A DNA stretch of 41,810 nt from an uncultured Dongia sp. (GTDB lineage Bacteria; Pseudomonadota; Alphaproteobacteria; Dongiales; Dongiaceae), in NCBI GenBank assembly GCA_964618305.1, contig CAZUAL010000002.1, positions 1 to 41,810 on the forward strand. The letters run 5' to 3'. Under the pieces are notes generated by a model, which saw only the letters and a list, made by a program, of their open reading frames with translations, had not been told where the DNA came from and searched no databases. A program made the position numbers and the translations under genes. Below are positions 36,020 to 41,810 of the stretch, piece by piece; the stretch's first letter is position 1, and each line of letters opens with the position of its first letter.

Positions 36020-37342
36020 ATGAGCCACGTACTGCACCGCGATCTGCGCAACGCCCTGCCCAGGGCCGTCCGGGGCGAAGGCCCCTATGTCATCGACAGC
36101 GGCGGAAAGCGCTATCTCGATGCATCGGGCGGGCCGGCCGTCTCCTGCCTTGGCCACAGCCACCCGAAAGTCATCGAAGCGGTGCGGCGCCAGGCCGGCG
36201 AGATCGCCTTCGCCTACACCGCTTTCTTCACCCATCAGGCAATGGAGGATCTGGCCGACAAGCTGATGGCGCAGGCGCCGGCCGGCCTCAATCATGCGTT
36301 CTTCGTTTCCGGCGGTTCCGAGGCGACCGAAGCGGCCATGAAGCTCGCCCGGCAATACTTCCTGGAAATCGGCCAACCCACGCGGCGCTATTTCATCGCG
36401 CGGCAGCGCAGCTATCACGGCAACACGATCGGCGCCTTGTCGCTGGGTCACGATGTCAACCGGCGCATGACCTACGAACCCTTCCTGCTGCCAGTCACGC
36501 ACATCTCGGCCTGCTACGAATATCGCGAGCGGCGCGCCGACGAGAGCGCCGAGCAATACGGCATCCGCATCGCCGACGAGCTTGAAGCGGCGATCCAGAA
36601 GATCGGCGCCGAGAATGTCGCGGCTTTCTTCGCCGAGCCCGTCGCCGGATCCTCGCTCGGTTGCGCCGCGCCCGTGCCGGGCTATCTCGCGCGCCTGCGC
36701 GAAATCTGCGATCGCCATGGCGTGCTGCTGGTATTCGACGAAGTCATGTGCGGCATGGGTCGGACCGGCTACCTCTATGCCTGCGCCGAGGACGGCGTGA
36801 CGCCGGACATCCTGACGATGGCGAAGGGCCTGGGCGCCGGCTATCAGCCGATCGGCGCCTTCCTGGCCCATGACAAGATCTACAACGCGATCGAAAAGGG
36901 GTCCGGCCAGCTCAAGCACGGCCATACCTATGCGGGGCACACGATGGCCTGCGCCGCCGCCCTGGCGGTGCAGGAAGTGTTCGCCGAGGAGAATCTTCTT
37001 GTACGTGTCCGCGATCTCGCGGCCAAGCTCCGCGCCCGACTCGATGACAAGTTCGGTCAGCATCCCTTCATCGGCGACATTCGCGGGCGTGGCCTCTTCA
37101 TCGGCCTGGAAATGGTCGCTGATCGGGAGACGAAGCAACCCTTTGACCCGGCGGAAAAAAAGTGGCTGAAGTTCCGTCAGGCCGGCTTGGCCGAAGGATT
37201 GATTACCTATCCTGCGGCCGGCTGCATTGACGGCAAGAGCGGCGATCACATCCTCCTGGCGCCGCCCTTCAACCTCACCGACGGGCAGCTCGATGAAATT
37301 GTCGACAAGATGGGGCGGGCCCTGAAGCAGGTTGTCGGCTGA
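36020..37342 (+). CDS. Class III PLP-dependent aminotransferase
   Basis: YLDASGG, VSGGSEATEAAMK, SYHGNT, FDEVMCGMGRTG, AKGLGAGYQP and HGHTY motifs. Confidence 0.92.
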   Translation: MSHVLHRDLRNALPRAVRGEGPYVIDSGGKRYLDASGGPAVSCLGHSHPKVIEAVRRQAGEIAFAYTAFFTHQAMEDLADKLMAQAPAGLNHAFFVSGGSEATEAAMKLARQYFLEIGQPTRRYFIARQRSYHGNTIGALSLGHDVNRRMTYEPFLLPVTHISACYEYRERRADESAEQYGIRIADELEAAIQKIGAENVAAFFAEPVAGSSLGCAAPVPGYLARLREICDRHGVLLVFDEVMCGMGRTGYLYACAEDGVTPDILTMAKGLGAGYQPIGAFLAHDKIYNAIEKGSGQLKHGHTYAGHTMACAAALAVQEVFAEENLLVRVRDLAAKLRARLDDKFGQHPFIGDIRGRGLFIGLEMVADRETKQPFDPAEKKWLKFRQAGLAEGLITYPAAGCIDGKSGDHILLAPPFNLTDGQLDEIVDKMGRALKQVVG

Positions 37343-37477
37343 CAGCTAAGTATGTGATTGCGCGAAAATTTTAGCTATCATCGTTCGATCCGTTGGGACT
37401 CCTTTAACCAATTGTGCCGTAGGTTTTAGCGTGCACATATTGGGCGCGCTGGGCCCGCAACACTGGAGTAGACGCTG

Positions 37478-38584
37478 ATGGCTGGCATGCTGACCGAAGC
37501 CGACGTCCGCAAGCTGATGACCGATCCGTCCGCCGATGCGCGGGTGGAGACGGCGACGAAGGTTGCCAAAGCCTTCTATGAAACGGAACTCTCGCCGACC
37601 GAGCGCAAGCTCGCCGAAGAGATTTTCCGCGTCATGGTGAGGGATGCGGAAGTGCGCGTGCGCGAAGCGCTGTCGGTCAATCTGAAAGCAAGTCCCGAAT
37701 TGCCGAAGGATGTGGCGCTGTCTCTGGCGCGCGATGTGGAGATCGTGTCGCTGCCGGTGCTCGAATATTCGACCGTGCTGTCCGATACCGATCTGATCGA
37801 GATCATCCGTGTCTCCGGCGCCGAAAAGCAGACGGCCGTGGCGCGCCGCGCCAATGTCTCGGGCGAAGTTGCCAATGCGCTGATCGATCACGGTAAGACC
37901 GGTGATGTCGTCGCGACCCTGGTCAACAATCCGGGTGCCGCCCTGAAGGATGCCGAACTGGAAAAGGCCTTTGCCAAATTCGGCGGCGACCAAGCGGTGA
38001 GCAACTCGCTGGTGGCGCGCGCCAACCTGCCGCTGCGCATTTCGGAAAAGATCGTGGCGCGGGTCTCCGAGGCCCTGCGCGATCATCTGATGTCGCACAA
38101 GGAGATCTCGGCCGAGATGGCGGCGGATCTGGTTCTGCAGGCGCGCGAGCGGGCAACGGCCGGCCTGTTGCCGCCGGGCTCGAAGTCGGCCGACGTGGTC
38201 GAACTGGTGCAGCAACTGCGCGACAACCGGCGCCTGACCCCCTCCCTCATCCTGCGAACGCTTTGCACGGGCGATCTCAGCTTCTTCGAGGCGAGCCTTG
38301 CAGTTCTTGCAAACATGTCCATCGTGAACGCAAGGGTGCTCATCCACGACGAAGGTCAACTCGGGCTGCAGTCGATCTATCAACGGACGCCGCTGCCAGC
38401 CAACCTTTTCCCGGCCTTCCGCGTCGCTTTCGACGTGGCGCGGGAGACGGAATATGACGGCGGCGCCAACGATAGGGCTCGGTTTTCGGCCCGGGTCATT
38501 GAACGTGTCCTCACCCAGTTCGAGGATATCGGCAATGACAACCTCGAATATTTGATGAAGAAACTCAAACAGTTAGCGGCATGA
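37478..38584 (+). CDS. DUF2336 domain-containing protein
   Basis: RDAEVRVREALS, ALSLARDVEIVSLPVLEYSTVLSDTDL, LVNNPGA and LTPSLILRTLC.G...FFE motifs. Confidence 0.85.
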   Translation: MAGMLTEADVRKLMTDPSADARVETATKVAKAFYETELSPTERKLAEEIFRVMVRDAEVRVREALSVNLKASPELPKDVALSLARDVEIVSLPVLEYSTVLSDTDLIEIIRVSGAEKQTAVARRANVSGEVANALIDHGKTGDVVATLVNNPGAALKDAELEKAFAKFGGDQAVSNSLVARANLPLRISEKIVARVSEALRDHLMSHKEISAEMAADLVLQARERATAGLLPPGSKSADVVELVQQLRDNRRLTPSLILRTLCTGDLSFFEASLAVLANMSIVNARVLIHDEGQLGLQSIYQRTPLPANLFPAFRVAFDVARETEYDGGANDRARFSARVIERVLTQFEDIGNDNLEYLMKKLKQLAA

Positions 38585-38859
38585 AAAACATCACACGCGT
38601 TCTTTTCGCTCTTATCACCCTCACTGCAACCCCAGCCTTCGCCTGCGACCAGCAGGAAGCCGTTGATCTCATGGTCAAGGTGTCGACGGCGCTCGGTGAA
38701 AAGGCCGGTGCGGCCCAGACCGAGGAAGACAGCCAGCGTGTCGTCGCGGCCAACGCCAAGATGAACGAGGGCGGCGAGGCACTTGCGGCCAGCAATCCCG
38801 ACAAGGCCTGCGAAATCTACCGGGCCGTGGCCAAGGAAAACGGCATCCCGCTCGAATAA
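38581..38859 (+). CDS. Small secreted hypothetical protein with two Cys
   Basis: Signal peptide ending PAFA-C; second Cys in DKACEIY; ATGA overlap with the DUF2336 gene. Confidence 0.75.
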   Translation: MKNITRVLFALITLTATPAFACDQQEAVDLMVKVSTALGEKAGAAQTEEDSQRVVAANAKMNEGGEALAASNPDKACEIYRAVAKENGIPLE

Positions 38860-38867
38860 GCGGGTTC

Positions 38868-40721
38868 CTATCGCATCAGCACGAAGCGGCCCGGCGCAGG
38901 GCCGAAGCCTGCCGGCATGTCCGGGGGTGTCGTCTTGGCGCCGGAATGGGCAGCAAGCCATGTCTGCCATTCCGGCCACCAGGATCCTTCCTGTTCCGGA
39001 ATCGCCTCGAGCCAGGTTTCGGGATCGCGATAGCGTTCCCCGATCGCCTTGGTCGAGGCGCGATAGTGTCTGCCGTCCTTGCCGGGCGGGCTGACGATGC
39101 CGGCATTGTGGCCGCCGCTTGCGAGCAGGAACGTGACCTCCGTTGCCGGATGGAACGTGATCTTGTGGACCGACGACCAGGGCGCCACATGATCGCGCTC
39201 GGTGCCGACGGCGAAGATCGGCACGCGGATGTCGGCAAGATTGACCGGCCGGCCATCGACCATGTGCTGGCCGCGCGCCAGATTGTTGTTGAGGAACAGC
39301 CCGCGTAGATATTCCGAATGCATGCGGTAGGGCATGCGCGTCGAATCCGCGTTCCAGGCCATGAGGTCGGTCATCTGCGGCTTCTGCCCCAGCAGATAGA
39401 GGCGCAGCACCTGCGACCAGATGAGGTCGTTGGAGCGCAGCAGCTGGAAGGCGCCGGCCATCTGCTTGGTGTCGAGATAGCCTTGCTCCCACATCATGTC
39501 CTCGAGGAAGCGGACCTGGCTGTCGTCGATGAAGAGCGTCAGCTCGCCGGCTTCGGTGAAATCGACCTGCGCGGCGAGGAGTGTCATGGATTTCAGCCGC
39601 TCGTCCCCGTCGCGCGCCATGGCCGCCGCCGCCGTCGCAAGCAGTGTCCCGCCCAGGCAATAGCCGGCGGCGTTGATCTTCCGCTTCGGCATGATGCCGG
39701 CGATGCGGTCGAGTGCCGCCATGACGCCGAGGCGCCGGTAATCGTCATAGGAGCGGTCGCGGTCGCTCGAATCCGGATTCTTCCACGAGATCATGAAGAC
39801 GGTGTGGCCGCGCTCGACCAGATAGCGCACCAGCGAATTCTCCGGCGACAGGTCGAGTATGTAGTATTTCATGATCCAGGCCGGAACGATCAGCACCGGA
39901 TCGGCATGCACTTTCGCCGTCTGCGGCTTGTATTGGATGAGTTCGATGAGCTCGTTGCGGTAGACGATCTCGCCCGGTGTCACGGCGACATGTTCGCCCG
40001 GAATGAAATTCTCGGCACCGACCGGCGGCTTGCCGGCGATGAGCCGCTCCCAATCGGCCAGCAACTGCTCAGCGCCGCGCTGCAGGTTGGCGCCGCCCTC
40101 CTGCATCGTTGCCTTCAGCACTTCGGGGTTCGTGGCGATGAAGTTCGCGGGCGACATGACATCCAGGATCTGCCGCGCGGCGAAGGAAACCATGTCCTCA
40201 TGGTGCTTGGAAACGCCGGGCACCTCGGTCGTCGCGTTGTGCCACCATTGCTGCGTCAGCAGGAAGGATTGCTGCAGCAGGTTGAACGGGAATTGCTGCC
40301 AGCCCGGTTCGGCAAAGCGCCGGTCTTGCGTCAGCGGCTCGATGCAATTGGGCGCCGACAGACCCTGGCGCGCGCAATTCTGCGCATAGGCGGCAAGGCG
40401 CAGCGCCTTCTGCACGAGATGCGCCTGCTTGCCGGGCGACATCGCCAGATGCACCGCCCAATCAGCATAGGCGTCATAGAGCGAGGCGGGCGAGATGCCA
40501 TAGGTCAATCGCGCCTGCGCGGCATGGACCTGCCGGTCGATCGTCTCAGCGCTCATCGTCCCCCAAAGCAGGTCACGCTCCGGCGCTTCCGGCAGCGGCC
40601 CATGCCCGTTGCGGGCCGGGGATGCCGGTAGCGGAGTGGCAGGAGAAGGGAGGCGCGCCGGCACCAAGGCGCGGCGGGACTTCTGTTTCGACGTTGGATC
40701 GGCGGACTTGGCGCGCATCAT
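38868..40721 (-). CDS. phaC: Class I polyhydroxyalkanoate synthase
   Basis: SPANFIATNPE, VTPGEIVYRN, PAWIMKYYILDLSP, lipase box GYCLGG, ERDHVAP, SGGHNAG and GSWW motifs; start uncertain. Confidence 0.92.
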   Translation of the reverse strand: MMRAKSADPTSKQKSRRALVPARLPSPATPLPASPARNGHGPLPEAPERDLLWGTMSAETIDRQVHAAQARLTYGISPASLYDAYADWAVHLAMSPGKQAHLVQKALRLAAYAQNCARQGLSAPNCIEPLTQDRRFAEPGWQQFPFNLLQQSFLLTQQWWHNATTEVPGVSKHHEDMVSFAARQILDVMSPANFIATNPEVLKATMQEGGANLQRGAEQLLADWERLIAGKPPVGAENFIPGEHVAVTPGEIVYRNELIELIQYKPQTAKVHADPVLIVPAWIMKYYILDLSPENSLVRYLVERGHTVFMISWKNPDSSDRDRSYDDYRRLGVMAALDRIAGIMPKRKINAAGYCLGGTLLATAAAAMARDGDERLKSMTLLAAQVDFTEAGELTLFIDDSQVRFLEDMMWEQGYLDTKQMAGAFQLLRSNDLIWSQVLRLYLLGQKPQMTDLMAWNADSTRMPYRMHSEYLRGLFLNNNLARGQHMVDGRPVNLADIRVPIFAVGTERDHVAPWSSVHKITFHPATEVTFLLASGGHNAGIVSPPGKDGRHYRASTKAIGERYRDPETWLEAIPEQEGSWWPEWQTWLAAHSGAKTTPPDMPAGFGPAPGRFVLMR

Positions 40722-40832
40722 ATCGCTCCGGGCAGCTATCCCGCAGAAGATGGGGATGGCCCAGCACCATCGCAAACAAAATTGCTGCGGTGCGGCAAAT
40801 AGGTCCGGATTTCAAGGGGGAAAGGGCTGAAA

Positions 40833-40909
40833 TGGTCGGAGTGAGAGGATTCGAACCTCCGGCCCCTACGTCCCGAACGTAGTGCTCTACCAGGCTGAGC
40901 TACACTCCG
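40833..40909 (-). tRNA. tRNA-Pro(CGG)
   Basis: Reverse complement CGGAGTGTAGCTCAGCCTGGTAGAGCACTACGTTCGGGACGTAGGGGCCGGAGGTTCGAATCCTCTCACTCCGACCA: cloverleaf with anticodon CGG, GTTCGAATC T-loop and encoded CCA. Confidence 0.97.
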
Positions 40910-41059
40910 ACCCGAAACGCCCGGGTCCTGGAAGTGCCGGGCGGCGAAACGCGGTGCCTTATAGCCGCTGGGCGGGCAAGGTGCAAGCCTGCCCTGCGGC
41001 GCGGCGCGAACTTTGTTCCCCCGCCCCAAGTCCTTGAGTGGACAGCGCCTTTTGGGTCT

Positions 41060-41810
41060 CTAGAAGCCGCGCTCGATGCAGAAGTCGATGACATCGATGA
41101 GGGCGCGCTTTTCCCGGCTGTCGGGGAAGATGCCGAGCGCGTCGCGGGCGATGGCGCCGTAATGGGCGGCGCGGGCGACCGTGTCCTTCAAGGCCCCGTG
41201 GCGTTCCATCAGCTGGATCGCCCGGCGGAGGTCGCCCTCCTGCTGGTCGACATCCTCCAGCGTCCGCTGCCAGAAGGCCCGTTCCTCGGCATCGCCGCGC
41301 AGGAAGGCGAGGATGACGGGGAGCGTGATCTTGCCTTCGCGGAAATCGTCGCCGACCGTCTTGCCGAGCGTTTCCTGCTTGGCCGAATAATCGAGCGCGT
41401 CGTCGATGAGCTGAAAGGTGATGCCGAGATTGAGGCCGAAGCTCCTCAGCGCATCTTCTTCCACCTTCGGGCGGTCGGCCACAACGGCGCCGACTTCGCA
41501 GGCGGCGGCGAAGAGGGCAGCGGTCTTCCCCTTGATGACCTCGAGATAGGCCTGCTCGGTGGTCGTCGTGTCGTTGCTGGTCATCAGCTGCAACACTTCG
41601 CCTTCGGAGATGATCGCCGACGCCGTGGACAGGATCTCCAGCACGCGCAGCGACCCGTCGGCCACCATCAGCTGAAAGGCGCGGCTGAAGAGGAAGTCGC
41701 CGACCAGGACCGACGCCTTGTTGCCCCAAAGCGCATTGGCCGACGCCTCGCCGCGCCGCAATTCGCTTTCATCGACGACATAGTAGTTTATCATGTTCGC
41801 GGTGTGGATG
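41060..41810 (-). CDS. ispB: Long-chain trans-polyprenyl diphosphate synthase, 5' part outside the window
   Basis: RRG, VLVGDFLFSRAFQ, GEVLQL, KTAALF, SARM FQLIDDALDY and GKTVGDDFREGKITLP; the first Asp-rich motif is garbled at the window edge. Confidence 0.92.
   Translation of the reverse strand, partial: IHTANMINYYVVDESELRRGEASANALWGNKASVLVGDFLFSRAFQLMVADGSLRVLEILSTASAIISEGEVLQLMTSNDTTTTEQAYLEVIKGKTAALFAAACEVGAVVADRPKVEEDALRSFGLNLGITFQLIDDALDYSAKQETLGKTVGDDFREGKITLPVILAFLRGDAEERAFWQRTLEDVDQQEGDLRRAIQLMERHGALKDTVARAAHYGAIARDALGIFPDSREKRALIDVIDFCIERGF

Noticed and set aside
38868-40909. tRNA-Pro as the integration site of a genomic island
   Set aside because: No integrase was seen, and I did not find a duplicated tRNA 3' end by eye; the adjacent genes look like ordinary chromosomal genes.

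Overview
GC-rich alphaproteobacterial DNA (Rhodospirillales-like, inferred from gene content) in three blocks. (1) About 1.1-10.9 kb: a complete clade I nitrous-oxide reductase cluster, read on the minus strand as FNR box > cytochrome c > DUF2946-like Cys-rich ORF > nosR-Z-D-F-Y-L-X, directly upstream of a window-truncated mmsA. (2) About 11-22 kb: an accessory block. Its core is a minus-strand, apparently single operon: SARP/BTAD-TPR regulator > 136-aa orphan > YcaO > TfuA > pentein-fold (arginine-deiminase-like) enzyme. This looks like a thioamidation system with an extra guanidino-modifying enzyme and no conventional short precursor peptide. A near-identical 20-bp SARP-type direct-repeat site lies upstream of both the divergent PAS/LuxR + histidine kinase operon and a second orphan gene. 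(3) About 22-41.8 kb: mostly ordinary genes (cupin, cyclase, agmatinase, Cys-less desulfurase homologue, amidase, YCII + frameshifted ECF42 sigma, apt, Lrp, ornithine decarboxylase, Mla/MCE transporter, class III aminotransferase, DUF2336, phaC, tRNA-Pro(CGG), partial ispB). The best candidates for undescribed biology are the YcaO-TfuA-pentein operon with its putative regulon, and a possible copper-sensing arrest-peptide ORF coupled to nosR. No integrase, transposase or CRISPR array was seen. All calls come from reading motifs by eye; no searches were run.
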